Shown in pieces: positions 25,647 to 36,200 of a DNA stretch of 64,000 nucleotides; positions within the stretch are counted from its first letter, which is position 1; each line of letters starts with the position of its first letter. Below the pieces are notes generated by a model. That model made no database searches. It was given only the letters and a program-made list of their open reading frames with translations, and was not told the DNA's origin. This stretch comes from Candidatus Woesearchaeota archaeon (GTDB lineage Archaea > Nanobdellota > Nanobdellia > Pacearchaeales > GW2011-AR1), in assembly GCA_964621025.1 (NCBI GenBank), contig CAZUKQ010000003.1, forward strand, positions 1,991 through 65,990, read 5' to 3'. The translations under genes were made by a program, and so were the position numbers.

Positions 25647-26006
25647 ATGAAAATCGGAAGAAAAATATCTGGCGGAAGATACAAAGCTACTAGAAAGAAG
25701 AAGGCTTTTGAAAGAGACGGACAGAAAAGAATCGTAAAACTTGGAGCTAAAAAAACAAAAGTTATGCGAGGAATGGGCGGAACAAAGAAATTAGTTTCCC
25801 TTAGCCAGAATGAAATCAACGTTATAAAAAACGGAAAAGCAAAAAAAGCTAAAATCAAAAACGTTTTAGAAACACCTTCAAACAGATTCTTAGCGAGACA
25901 GAACGTTTTAGTAAAAGGAGCGATTATTGATACCGACATGGGAAAGGTAAAAATCACAAACAGACCATCCCAAGAAGGAATTGTTCAAGGTATTGTTGTT
26001 GATTAA
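25647..26006 (+). CDS. rps8e: 30S ribosomal protein S8e (eS8)
   Basis: GRKISGGRYKATRKKKAFE...ETPSNRFLARQNVLVKGAII...AKITNRPSQEGIV resembles archaeal eS8; 119 aa. Confidence 0.85.
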   Translation: MKIGRKISGGRYKATRKKKAFERDGQKRIVKLGAKKTKVMRGMGGTKKLVSLSQNEINVIKNGKAKKAKIKNVLETPSNRFLARQNVLVKGAIIDTDMGKVKITNRPSQEGIVQGIVVD

Positions 26007-26011
26007 ATCAA

Positions 26012-26338
26012 ATGAATTTTATTGCACTAATTTTATTGGCTGCTGGCGGATTAATTTTAACAGGTGGTGATTTGTTTATGAAACAGTGGGTGTCTACAAA
26101 CAAACCCTCAGTCTATATTTTTGGAATGCTTCTTTATATCGTCGGATTAAACTTTTTAGCCTTCAGTTTTAAATATAAAAATATTGCAGTAGCCTCTGTT
26201 ATCTTCGTTCTGATAAATATAATCACTCTAATTGCATTCAGTTATTTCTACTGGCAAGAAAAATTGTCGGGTTTAGAAGTAGTTGGATTAACACTCGGAG
26301 TTATTGCTATAGTTCTTCTAGAATTAGCAGATAAATAA
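26012..26338 (+). CDS. Small 4-TM membrane protein (SMR/half-EamA-like transporter fold)
   Basis: 108 aa with four hydrophobic helices. The function call rests on size and topology only. Confidence 0.4.
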   Translation: MNFIALILLAAGGLILTGGDLFMKQWVSTNKPSVYIFGMLLYIVGLNFLAFSFKYKNIAVASVIFVLINIITLIAFSYFYWQEKLSGLEVVGLTLGVIAIVLLELADK

Positions 26339-26396
26339 TTTACCGAGAATAACAGACCGTAAGCTTTAAAAAGGCAATCCATTTATAAACCTTACG

Positions 26397-27326
26397 ATGA
26401 GTCTATCTAAACATTGCCCTGAATGCGGCAGTTCTAACTTAATATACGATGAAGGTCGAAGCGAGCTAATCTGCGGTGACTGTGGTCTTCTTGTTGAAGA
26501 AAAAATGGTTGACACGAGCCATGAACTACGTTCTTTTGATAAATCTGAAAAGAAATCTCGTGGTGGAGCACCAATGTCTATGCAAAAATTCGACAAGGGT
26601 TTAACAACTAACGTCGGTGAAATCTCAGATATTTACAGATTAGATTCTACAAAACAAACTAGAAAATATTTAAGACTTAAAAAATGGCAAGAAAGAGTTT
26701 CAACTTCCATTGAAAGAAATTTAAGACTTGCAATGGCTGAATTGAGAAGAGTTTCATCCTTCCTAGAACTTCCAGAAGTAGTAAGAGAAGAAGCAGCTAG
26801 AGTTTACAATTTTGTTCTGCAAAGAGGTTTAGTAAGAGGAAGAAGCATGGAATCGGTTATCGCAGCTTGTATTTACGCAGCTTGTAGATCCTATAACATT
26901 CCAAGAACATTAGACGAAATTTCAATCTCTTCGGAAATAGAAAGAAAAGAAATTGGAAGAACTTACAGATTTATCATAAGAAAAATTGGGATCAAAGTAA
27001 AACCTTCTTCACCGAAAGACTACATTTCAAGATTTGCATCAACATTACACTTATCGCCTAAGTCACAGAATGGCGCTTTAGAAATCTTAGACAAAGCAGA
27101 AATATCTGAATTAACTTCAGGTAGAGGACCAGCAGGAATTGCAGCTGCAGCTTTATATGTTTCAGCGCTACTTAACGACGAGAAAAAGACACAAAGAGAA
27201 GTTGCTGACGTCGCAGGAATCACAGAAGTTACAATTAGAAATAGATATAAGGAGCTTCTAGACAGACTTAAACTAGAAGAGACAATCCTTTCCAAAGAAA
27301 GAGAGAAAAAGAAGAAAAAAGAATAA
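26397..27326 (+). CDS. tfb: Transcription initiation factor IIB (TFB)
   Basis: It has an N-terminal Zn ribbon (CPECGSSNLIYDEGRSELICGDCGLLV), a B-linker and two cyclin-fold repeats (ACIYAACR..., IAAAALYVSA...). Confidence 0.92.
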   Translation: MSLSKHCPECGSSNLIYDEGRSELICGDCGLLVEEKMVDTSHELRSFDKSEKKSRGGAPMSMQKFDKGLTTNVGEISDIYRLDSTKQTRKYLRLKKWQERVSTSIERNLRLAMAELRRVSSFLELPEVVREEAARVYNFVLQRGLVRGRSMESVIAACIYAACRSYNIPRTLDEISISSEIERKEIGRTYRFIIRKIGIKVKPSSPKDYISRFASTLHLSPKSQNGALEILDKAEISELTSGRGPAGIAAAALYVSALLNDEKKTQREVADVAGITEVTIRNRYKELLDRLKLEETILSKEREKKKKKE

Positions 27327-27368
27327 TTCTAAAGTTTTTTATACTGTCCATTTCTAACAAATATGCAC

Positions 27369-27451
27369 GTGGGGGTGCCGGAGCGGTCAAACGGGCTGGA
27401 CTTAAGATCCAGTAGCTTATGCTTACGGGGGTTCGAATCCTCCCTCCCACA
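27369..27451 (+). tRNA. tRNA-Leu (TAA), type II with a long variable arm
   Basis: GTGGGGG acceptor, CTGGA-CTTAAGA-TCCAG anticodon arm, variable arm TAGCTTATGCTTAC, GGGGG-TTCGAAT-CCTCC T-arm, CTCCCAC-A 3' end. Confidence 0.9.
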
Positions 27452-27598
27452 TTTCAGCTAATCGACGAAGGAGATTAGTTAATTGAAGGATTCTAATTGC
27501 TAGTTTCAAATTACAGGGGCGAATTTTTTGCTCAATCAACAAATTAAAAGATAAATAATTGAGTGAAAAGCGAGTAGAAGACGACCTCTGACATTAAG

Positions 27599-27997
27599 TT
27601 AACTAATCAGAGTCATGTTCTTTCGAGGCTGACCTGCCAGATATAAATAAATCTTAGAAAGATTTTCATTAAAGTAATAATTATCTTTTGTACCTTCAAC
27701 CAAAGCCCTACATAAAATTTCACCCTTAACTAATTCTCCTCCAACAACATTAATCTTCAAACTTTCACCAGCTTTAGGAAAATTTTCTTTTGTTACATTT
27801 GATGCAGGTTGACACCAAGATAGGTTCTTGAGACTCTCTTGAAAAGCAACAACATCCTTATTTATTGAACTTTCATCAATTCCTGTTTTCCCTAAAAAAA
27901 AAGCTACTAAAAAAACAACAATAGCCAATGCAATAACTCCTCCGCTAATCCATAAAAGTTTGGAAAAATTTTTAGTCTGATTATCTATTTCAACCAT
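27599..27997 (-). CDS. Small N-terminally anchored membrane protein, 132 aa (paralog of 60680-61114)
   Basis: TM is LLWISGGVIALAIVVFLVAFFL. The ectodomain aligns with the 144-aa paralog (NLSWCQP...KENFPKAGES...EILCRALV...NYYFNENL versus NVSWCPS...KEDFPSVGEN...QMLCKVLV...QYYFSEDM). It overlaps the upstream pilin gene by 1 nt. Confidence 0.65.
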   Translation of the reverse strand: MVEIDNQTKNFSKLLWISGGVIALAIVVFLVAFFLGKTGIDESSINKDVVAFQESLKNLSWCQPASNVTKENFPKAGESLKINVVGGELVKGEILCRALVEGTKDNYYFNENLSKIYLYLAGQPRKNMTLIS

Positions 27998-29262
27998 TAT
28001 ATCTCTCCCTCTTTACCATAAAATGTTCTAGTATAGCTAAACTCTGGATAAGCACAAGCTTCACGTCCAGTCTGCCAACCCGTAAATCTTACCGTATAAT
28101 ACTTATTCTCCTCTGTTAATTTCATACAGTAATCAGTTCCAATAGAGTGAAGAGGGGGAATTGAAACAACATTACCAAAAGAAGAAAAACTAAGTGAAAG
28201 TTGGGAACAGTTTCCGTATGCCCAAAGTGTTTTTTTTGGACTATCGCCCCAATAAGCTGAATAACTTTCATTTAAATAGTTATAAATTGGTCCTCCAGTA
28301 CCTCGAGTAATACAAACAGAAGAAGAAATACAGTCGGAGTTATTATTCGCTGCTGAAGACGAAAAGACAATTTTTTGGCCAGTTAGATTATCAGTACGAT
28401 TGTATGAAAAAGTTGGCCGTATACCACAACTTTTACCGGGCAACCAACTTTCAAAAGCAATATCATAATATTCTTTCTCTTCTGTGAGTTTTAAACAGAA
28501 ATGATTACCAGCAACATTATACCCAAAACCTCCACCAATAGTATTATAAAAAGACTGAAAATTCAACGTCTTCCAATCACTACAAGAACCATAAGCCCAA
28601 AGTGTTTTTTTTGGACTTCCACCCCAATAATAATCTTGAGAACTCTCTTCTAAAGAATTGTATAGAGGACCACCACTGCCCCTAGCAATACAAACAGAAG
28701 GAGAAATACAATCTACATCTTGCGTCCCAGTTAATTTAACAAAATGTACTGCCCGAGCATATTCTTCAGGTGCAGGAGGAACAACTCCTGGAAGTGGAAC
28801 AATAGGTTGAGCTGCTTCAGGAATACTTTCAGATAATTCAAAGACAACTTCTCCAGAAACATTTTTCAGAGAGTTACTAATAACTGGAGCAATTTCTATT
28901 TTATCCGGTTTTCCTTTTGGAGACCTTACATCATAGGTTAATGTTGTTCCTTTTTTTGGTGCAGGAAGAATATATGAATAAGACTGTCCATCTATAACAA
29001 AGTTGATTTGAATATAATCATAGTCTAAGGAATCTTCCGCACCCCTTGTAACTTGAACCTTCGCAAGTTTAGTAATGTTATCATAAACGGTATATCCTCC
29101 AGAAGTCTCAATAGCCAAAGAGACTTTTTCTGCCGTAGCGGAATTTGCAGCATCCTTAATCATTGGAATAACCGTAGACCAAATAATCGCAACAGCTGCA
29201 ACAGTAATCATTATTATCAAAACAGTCGCTACAACTGCATCAACACCTCTTTTTCCGTACAT
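27997..29262 (-). CDS. Archaeal pilin-N-domain protein (421 aa) with a tandemly duplicated ~115-aa Cys-containing domain
   Basis: The N-terminus MYGKRG|VDAVVATVLIIMITVAAVAIIW matches the archaeal type IV pilin N-terminal (Pilin_N/DUF1628-like) pattern. Residues ~172-290 and ~298-412 are internal repeats (DCIS.SVCI.RG.GGP.YN...SPKKTLWAYG.C...C.KLTEE..YY..F..W...FSY.RT). It has its own TATA (AATATTTATATAATC) ~25 nt upstream. Confidence 0.75.
   Translation of the reverse strand: MYGKRGVDAVVATVLIIMITVAAVAIIWSTVIPMIKDAANSATAEKVSLAIETSGGYTVYDNITKLAKVQVTRGAEDSLDYDYIQINFVIDGQSYSYILPAPKKGTTLTYDVRSPKGKPDKIEIAPVISNSLKNVSGEVVFELSESIPEAAQPIVPLPGVVPPAPEEYARAVHFVKLTGTQDVDCISPSVCIARGSGGPLYNSLEESSQDYYWGGSPKKTLWAYGSCSDWKTLNFQSFYNTIGGGFGYNVAGNHFCLKLTEEKEYYDIAFESWLPGKSCGIRPTFSYNRTDNLTGQKIVFSSSAANNNSDCISSSVCITRGTGGPIYNYLNESYSAYWGDSPKKTLWAYGNCSQLSLSFSSFGNVVSIPPLHSIGTDYCMKLTEENKYYTVRFTGWQTGREACAYPEFSYTRTFYGKEGEI
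28027..28749 (-). repeat. Intragenic tandem duplication (units ~28393-28749 and ~28027-28371)
   Basis: The two protein-level repeat units share nucleotide blocks such as gcccaaagtgttttttttggact near 28220 and 28598. Confidence 0.7.
29098..29262 (-). repeat. Conserved pilin 5' coding block, copy A (copy B at 60487-60645)
   Basis: The encoded peptides are nearly identical (GVDAVVATVLIIMITVAAVAIIWSTVIPMIKD...AEKVSL). The nucleotide differences are mostly synonymous and not base-specific. Confidence 0.8.
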
Positions 29263-29327
29263 ACATTACCGAAGATTAAAGATTATATAAATATTGTGGG
29301 AAAGAGAATTTATTAGCAAGAAACCTA

Positions 29328-31202
29328 CTAGTTTCTTACATCTCTATCTCTAATCAACAAAACTAAAACTATAAAGAAAAGAACCAAAACACAAAGTAAA
29401 AGGAATACTAAGAAAAAAGCCCAAGGAGAAGTTTCTCTTGGTTTTTCATTTAAGACCAAGTAATCCAAAGTTTCATTTCCGCCTTGAAGAAGAACATAGC
29501 CTGTTCCAGAAGTTTTAGGAGAATCATCGTTATCATCATCTTCATCACTGGAAACATCTATCTTGAAGTTAACATATTTTGAATCGTTGTTCCCATAATT
29601 ATCTGAACAGAAAACAGTTAGAACATAATTTCCATTTGAAAGGCCATCCTCATCCGCAACAAAATAATTTCCTGAAGTCAAGAAAGTTTTATTCACACCA
29701 TTATTCAAGTTATAATAACAAGAACCTGATTCGTTTAAAGAAACATTCACTTTGATATTTCTAACATCATAAGTTTTATCTATTGGAGAATGAATAGTTA
29801 TAACTGGGGCATTTGTATCATTTATCGAAGACAAATTAACAATAAAATTAACTGAGTTATTTACTGTGTTAGTTCCGTTTGAAACAAAGACCGTTAAATT
29901 GTTAGTTCCATTCACAGCAGAAATTGTTGTATTCGCACATTGAGTTAGAATCACATTCACACCATTAAGAGAATACCAACAAGAAGTTGCGGTTCCGTTT
30001 ATTGTGTAATTCAAGGGAATAACTGAAATATTGTAAGTTATATTTTGTGGACTGATTACATTAACTGATAAATTAGTTAAGTTAGTTTGGTTTGTTTGAT
30101 TATTTGACGTAAAATTCAAAACACTAACTAAAAAATTTCCATTCGCAACATTAGCGGAAGAGTCTGTAGCATTACAATTCACAGTATGATTCCCCACTGC
30201 AAATACACTTCCATTTTGAGGAGAACAAACTAGAGGAACAAATCCATCGACATTATCGCTCGCATTCATATTAAAATAATAAACAACAGCTCCTGAAGAG
30301 TTAGTTGCATTAACTGAAATGTTTCTCAAATTTAAAAATGGAGCAGTTGTATCTGTAATAGAACAAGATTGACTTAAAACAGGACTTCCACCAATACATC
30401 CACTAGGTGAAGAAGAATTAACTGTTCTTGTTTGAGTTCCAGCAATACAAGCTGACCAGGGATTATAAATAAAAGAAGTACATGTTGTTGGAAAGGTATT
30501 GTTAACAATTGTAATTAAAGAGGTCTTATTTTGATTATTTGAACTTAAACATTTAACATCATCAGAAACAGAAACAACTTCAAGAGTATAATTTCCAGAA
30601 TTAAGTGCAATAGTAAATGTTTGTTCAGAATTTCCGGAAAAGGGCAAATTAACAACCTTCGTTTGATTTAAAGAACCATTAACCTTTAGTAATAAAGTAA
30701 CATTCACAGAATATTGCGAAGCAATTTGAGATGGAACAAAATTTAATCCGCCAGCATGATTTATCGGTGCAGCTACATTTGTTTTAACTGTTACGACATT
30801 AGAAACATTTGTTACAATTAGGTTAGTTAACGTAGAAGTACAAACATCTTTTCTTGTTAAATAATCACTAACAGCGTCGACTCTCTTGTCTCCGTTAAGA
30901 TCTTCATAGCCTGTTGAAGTTCTTTCATAAGGAATGTATCCTTCTTTGAAAATAAACAAACCATAATTGGTATTTTGCCCACTGTTTGGATAAGCTATAT
31001 CTAAAAATGAGTTTGAACCTGAATTAGAATTAACAAATTGAACCTGCCCAGAAGAACAGTCTGAATTAGAACAACTGAAGCCTAAAACTCCAACCTGATT
31101 TATTGGTGAATTATTGTAAACAAAGTTATTTACTTGTAATAAATCTGCCGATACGAAAGTTAGAGAAAATAATAAGGCTAAAACAAAAAATAGATTTTTC
31201 AT
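29328..31202 (-). CDS. Sequon-rich surface protein (624 aa) with an HYR-like domain, a TSP1-like motif and a C-terminal TM anchor
   Basis: It has a Sec signal (MKNLFFVLALLFSLTFVSA). The HYR-like segment DTTAPFL...GAVVYYFNMNASDNVDGFVPLVCSPQNGSVFAVGNHTVNCNATDSSANVANGNFLVSV lies at ~30117-30361. It is preceded by WSACIAGTQTRTV...C.GG.......C. An acidic stretch and the TM WAFFLVFLLLCVLVLFFIVLVLLI follow. There are many N-x-S/T sequons. Confidence 0.7.
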   Translation of the reverse strand: MKNLFFVLALLFSLTFVSADLLQVNNFVYNNSPINQVGVLGFSCSNSDCSSGQVQFVNSNSGSNSFLDIAYPNSGQNTNYGLFIFKEGYIPYERTSTGYEDLNGDKRVDAVSDYLTRKDVCTSTLTNLIVTNVSNVVTVKTNVAAPINHAGGLNFVPSQIASQYSVNVTLLLKVNGSLNQTKVVNLPFSGNSEQTFTIALNSGNYTLEVVSVSDDVKCLSSNNQNKTSLITIVNNTFPTTCTSFIYNPWSACIAGTQTRTVNSSSPSGCIGGSPVLSQSCSITDTTAPFLNLRNISVNATNSSGAVVYYFNMNASDNVDGFVPLVCSPQNGSVFAVGNHTVNCNATDSSANVANGNFLVSVLNFTSNNQTNQTNLTNLSVNVISPQNITYNISVIPLNYTINGTATSCWYSLNGVNVILTQCANTTISAVNGTNNLTVFVSNGTNTVNNSVNFIVNLSSINDTNAPVITIHSPIDKTYDVRNIKVNVSLNESGSCYYNLNNGVNKTFLTSGNYFVADEDGLSNGNYVLTVFCSDNYGNNDSKYVNFKIDVSSDEDDDNDDSPKTSGTGYVLLQGGNETLDYLVLNEKPRETSPWAFFLVFLLLCVLVLFFIVLVLLIRDRDVRN

Positions 31203-31203
31203 T

Positions 31204-33120
31204 TTATAATCCTCCTCCTGAACCAGAACTTCCGAATGAACCTACTCCGCCTGGCGAACCTGAAGAACTCCAACTCCAACTTCCACCTTCAGAATTTCCT
31301 TCTTTTCCACCATTTCCATCAGAATGAATTTTACTTAAAACTCCTGCATCTAATAAAACAGCCATTAAGGATTCTAATGTTGCACCCGTTTGACCTTTGT
31401 TAATCAAAACTTTTTCTCCAGCTTCATTTCTAACTTCAACATATTTTCCGTCGAAAGGAGCTTCGTGTAGAACAACATTTCCGCCGAATCTCATAATAGT
31501 ACTTGCTAATTCATAGGTTTCCATAGAAACTTTTCCTTTATTTTTGAAAGCCCAATTTTCAAATCTTTGTGAAGCATCTAATGGAACTGCGAATGCAAAA
31601 TTTCCAACATCAACGGTTGAGTTAACTAAAGTTTTTGCTCCACCGCCAATTACATCATAAACAACTTTGTCTGCTAATCCTCCTAAAACTAAATCTGCTC
31701 CGTCTACAGCACCTTTTACTATTGATTGTGCTCCGTCATAAACGCTCATTATTGAACCTAAAATAAAATTATCTTGATTTCTTTCTTTTACTGTGTGTTT
31801 CTGTAGGCCCCATCTTCCACCACTAACAAATCCTAAAACAGAATCAACTGGAGAAACTAACGCTTTTCCAAGACCATATACTCTTGATTTTTCCTTTCCA
31901 GCATAGCCTAAATTTTTTGTATCTAAAACTGCTTCAGTCAAATCTTTTCCTTCATTTTTCAAAGCTCGTCCAAAATAAATTGGACTCGCTGAAACTTTAT
32001 CATCTAAAGAATCTCCATTTGTATCTCTAAAATTAAGATTTCTAAAATCAACGTGCATTCTGTAAAGTCCATTTGTTCCAACAGGTTTTATCTGTGCATC
32101 GGCGACTTTTTTAACATTAGAATAAACAACTTCAGCAGGTGCAGGTTCGGCAACAAAAACATCTTCTGCATCAGAAGGTTCTGAATCATCCGGCATTACT
32201 AATGGATTTGAATCATAAAATTTTCTAAGTTGTTCAGGTGTTGGTCCACCCTTTAAATTTGAAGATACTGATTTTTTAATTCCAGTATAGCATAGCGAAG
32301 CTTTTGGACTTTCTAATTTTGGATAAAGAACTGAATCAGGAAAAGAACCTATCTTTTTACTAGCAACTACCTTAGTAGAATGAGCACTTGAAACTTTTTT
32401 ATCTCCTGAGCAACCAAAACCAAGAGCACCAATCATTAGAGAGGCTGCAAGACCTGTTGCAAGAACATTTCTCCAGTTTCTATGATATTTTGCTTCTAAA
32501 CATAAATCTAATGCAGTTCTATACGTCTGAGTCAACTCTTCTCCTTGTTTTTTGTTCTTTTCTTCTAAAGCTTTAATTTGATCGTTTCTAGTTCTTTGAG
32601 TAATATCTAACTCGTCTCTTTGTTTTGTTACGACAGTCAACAAACTTTCGGAGGTATTCAACTTTTTTGTTAAGTCTTGTACTTTAGGTTCTAATTTTTT
32701 CTCAACTTTTACTGCTCCTTCCTTTAAACCTCTAACATAATTTCCTACAACTTCACTTCTAAAAGCACCATCATTAGCAGCATTTTTACTTTTTGTAGTA
32801 TTCAGATAAACATTTGTAGATATCACTTTTTCTAAGCTTGTAAAATAACGAGAATTATCTAAACCTAAAAGATCGACTACTGCAGCTATTCTTCCTTCAT
32901 AAGTATCTACTCTTTTTCCTCTGAATGTTCTCGCTCCACCAGTACCCGATTCGTTTCTATAAGAACCGTCCATGATAGAATAGACTAAATCTGCTTTTCT
33001 CTTTGCCGTAGAAGGATGTTCTAAAAATTGATATCCTAACTCTTGTCCAACAGATGTTCCTTCTAGGAATTTTTTGTATCTTTCAAGATTTCTTTTATAA
33101 GTCTGATTTTTTTGTGCCAT
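31204..33120 (-). CDS. Bitopic membrane protein (638 aa): cytoplasmic N-domain with coiled coil, one TM, ectodomain, Gly/Ser-rich C-terminus
   Basis: It has no N-terminal signal. A heptad-rich region lies at ~150-205, followed by the TM VLATGLAASLMIGALGFG then CSG. The C-terminal tail is GGSWSWSSSGSPGGVGSFGSSGSGGGL. A 1-nt gap separates it from the downstream gene. Confidence 0.65.
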   Translation of the reverse strand: MAQKNQTYKRNLERYKKFLEGTSVGQELGYQFLEHPSTAKRKADLVYSIMDGSYRNESGTGGARTFRGKRVDTYEGRIAAVVDLLGLDNSRYFTSLEKVISTNVYLNTTKSKNAANDGAFRSEVVGNYVRGLKEGAVKVEKKLEPKVQDLTKKLNTSESLLTVVTKQRDELDITQRTRNDQIKALEEKNKKQGEELTQTYRTALDLCLEAKYHRNWRNVLATGLAASLMIGALGFGCSGDKKVSSAHSTKVVASKKIGSFPDSVLYPKLESPKASLCYTGIKKSVSSNLKGGPTPEQLRKFYDSNPLVMPDDSEPSDAEDVFVAEPAPAEVVYSNVKKVADAQIKPVGTNGLYRMHVDFRNLNFRDTNGDSLDDKVSASPIYFGRALKNEGKDLTEAVLDTKNLGYAGKEKSRVYGLGKALVSPVDSVLGFVSGGRWGLQKHTVKERNQDNFILGSIMSVYDGAQSIVKGAVDGADLVLGGLADKVVYDVIGGGAKTLVNSTVDVGNFAFAVPLDASQRFENWAFKNKGKVSMETYELASTIMRFGGNVVLHEAPFDGKYVEVRNEAGEKVLINKGQTGATLESLMAVLLDAGVLSKIHSDGNGGKEGNSEGGSWSWSSSGSPGGVGSFGSSGSGGGL

Positions 33121-33222
33121 TTGTGTTATTCTTAAGTGATAACTAAAATAAAAAAGACTATATAAACTTTACTAAAGTGTTACAATTATGAAAGGACAAC
33201 AAAAACAGAAAGAAAATTAAAA

Positions 33223-36200
33223 TTAAGGACTTGTTACAGAAACTGGAACAGAATTAATTTTAACATTTGAGGACTCAGTTGTTTCATCAAACATATCTGA
33301 AATAGAAACAATCTCAGTATTCAATTTATCAGAAATATCATCACAATATTCGACACCTTGATAAACAAGAGAATTACTGTTATCATCACAAAAAGATACT
33401 AACCTTTTCCAGATAGCTGCGAAATCCGAAGAAACATCTTTAGAATAAGTTATATCTCCTAAGGAAATTGTTGCTATCTCTTTTCCATTTAAAGAAAGAA
33501 ACGCGTCTTCCTTGATGATATATCCTTCCGAAGACTCTTGCTCTTCAAAATAATATTTAAGTTTCTGTCCATTTTCATATAAGAAACCTCTTTTTTTAAG
33601 TAGATTACTAGATAACTTATTTTCTTTTATCTCGAATTTGTTTTCAACTGGCATAGAAGTAGAAGAGGAAGTATCTTCCAAACGAGGAATCTTCAAGCTT
33701 CCTGCCGGAACCAAAGCATTAGGATTTGCTAAAAAAGATTTGGTGAATATTTCAGGATTTAATGCCTTAACTTCATTTGAGTTTACTCCCCATTTTTTAG
33801 ATATTTCTGCTAACGTCTTTGAACCATCGGAGATTATAGTATCATAACCAACAACTTCTGCCATGACTGTAGAAACACCAGGTGTTGGTTTAGCTGCAAC
33901 CTGGACTGTTTCAACTTTAATTGCCTTCACAACATTCAAATGGAAAATTGTTTTTAGGTATAACGCATTTGCAAGTTGATTATTTGATGCACCACTTCCG
34001 TCAATAATTTCACTTAATCCGGCCACAATAGCTGAAGAGTCACTATCTTTCTTCCAAGCTTTTATTTCATCCCCTAACTTAACTAGCTTAGTAGCAACAG
34101 TAGCATAGCTTTCTTTTGTGTTTGATTCTAAATTGGTTGTAGCTTTTTCTGCATCAGATAAAGTAATTCCTTCAATAGCATCCACTCTTGAAACAGTTTC
34201 ATTAACACTCTTTGTATCTAACCAGCAAAGCATCTTTTCATTTCCACAATTACCTACTTGTTTCCATCTATCTGGATTAGTTGTTTTTCCAGGATTAGTT
34301 GTTGCACAAACTCTTACAATTCCATTTAATGAAACATCAGGGTTAACTGCACCTTGTGCTCCTGCCTGAAGATTTGGACTTGTTGCAAAAGCAAGAACTG
34401 AAGGACTTCCAGAAATACATTCTTTTTCCGAAGCAACATCTGTTTGTTTTGCTTGATCAGCAACATATTTGTCTGTCAAATAATTTGCCGCCATTGAAGT
34501 TGAAACTGTTTTGAATCCACATTCAGTCTTCGCATTAATCATTACACAAAGTTCTTTGTAACCTGAAGGGGCTGTAAAGTCAATAGCCTCATCTGCAGAT
34601 TCTCCCTTAGTCACATAGCCAGTTTTCACAGTAACAATTGGATTAGAATGGTAATACGCAGAATCTGGGGGATTCTGTAAATAAACAGAATATCTCACTC
34701 CCTGATCATTTCCTGCAAATATGTGGTAATACACTTTGTATTGTGAAGTTGAAGGTAAAGTAGCATCGCTGAAAACAGATTCATCGAAATTAGCATAGAA
34801 CTGATATGGACTTTCTGGTGCCAACAAACCGTCCGCTAAATCTGCTCCACCAGGAACCGAAGTTCCTAAATTAGCTCTACAGAATTCACTTCCTACCTCT
34901 TGAATATTTTTAAACTTAAATGCGTTAAAAGAATTTTGAGCATAACTATTTTTGAAATAATCAATACTTCCTTGCATATTTTCCCAAGAAGATTTAACCG
35001 ACATGTATTCTGCTCCTCCTCTTGCTGCCTTCTGACCACTAGCCATCTCGAACATTGTTGGAACTAAACTGCTAGCAATTGGCGCAATCTGATTCCAGAA
35101 GAACTCACATTTGTAAACGGAAGTAATCTCATCACAAATTCCGACATTTTTTCCACTATCAAGATTTTCTTGCAAACAAGCTTTCTCAGATTTAAGAATA
35201 GATAAATAAGTTTCCAAACCTGCGTGAACTCCTGTTAAACAAATTGGAACATAAATTCCTTCTCTAGCATTTGGTAAACACAATAATAAACTTCCAATAA
35301 TTCCACTCTGTATAACATTTGAAACAGGATATTTTCCTCCAAGATTACATCTAGAAGGTGGACAGATTACTGGATCACAAACATTGAATAAAGTCTTACA
35401 TTGTGTTGGAGACATAAATTGATAGCAACCTAAACCATCGTCGCTAGCTGAAGCTAAAATAGAACCAAATTTCTGTCCGTTGATTATAACTTCCGTCTTA
35501 CCATATTGATTTGCTGCTTCCTGTATTGCTCTCTGTGCCCTGTTCTTTAGATTTGTAACTTCTGACCTAGTCATTCCATAACAACCACCAAATTCATCAA
35601 CCGCATTATTCTCATAGAAAGTTTGACAGATGTCATCACCCAAACCATTTTCCTCTAAACCATTTGGACCAATATTACAAACTGTGTAAGTTGAAACTGC
35701 TCCTGAAGCTTGATACGCATTAGTATTAGAAGATAAAATTCCTCCGCCTGCTTGGGAAACTTTTACAAACCATCCTTTCTTTTCGTCGAAAGGAACTAAG
35801 GAAGGAAGATACTTATCAACACCAACAGTGTAGTATTTTACAACAGGACTATTTTTGTAAGGATTCTCACAAGATGAATTAACAAATCTTATACTTCCAA
35901 TATCTGTTGCGTCCCTAATTTGTGCAGTTAGGTCTTTATCAGCAGTAGTAGATGTTTTGCCAACTAAATTTTCAGGATTGACAACGCCATCTGCACTAAC
36001 CGCATAAACTTGTTTAGCAACAAATCTATTTGAAGCAGCGGATTCATTTTCTATAACTACATAATACTTCTGATTAGCCGAACCAGATACAACCTGGACT
36101 TGTTGATTTGGTCCAATAGCTATTCCTGCTGCCTTAAGTTTTGTTGCAGCTTCACTAACTGCAGTACCTTGTCTAAGAGTTCTTAGTTGTGTTGAACTAG

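Noticed and set aside
25619-25957. 112-aa minus-strand ORF over rps8e
   Set aside because: It is antisense to eS8, and its product is hydrophobic low-complexity sequence.
27268-27450. 60-aa minus-strand ORF
   Set aside because: It lies across tRNA-Leu(TAA) and the tfb 3' end, so the tRNA explains the sequence.
29098-29262. Possibility that the repeated pilin 5' blocks (also 60487-60645) are a DGR template/variable repeat pair
   Set aside because: The differences are mostly synonymous and involve all bases rather than adenine-specific substitutions. No reverse transcriptase gene is in the window. The repeats encode the conserved, not the variable, part of the proteins.
31103-31327. 74-aa Pro/Glu-rich plus-strand ORF
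   Set aside because: It is the antisense reading of the Gly/Ser-rich C-terminal tail of the 638-aa protein.
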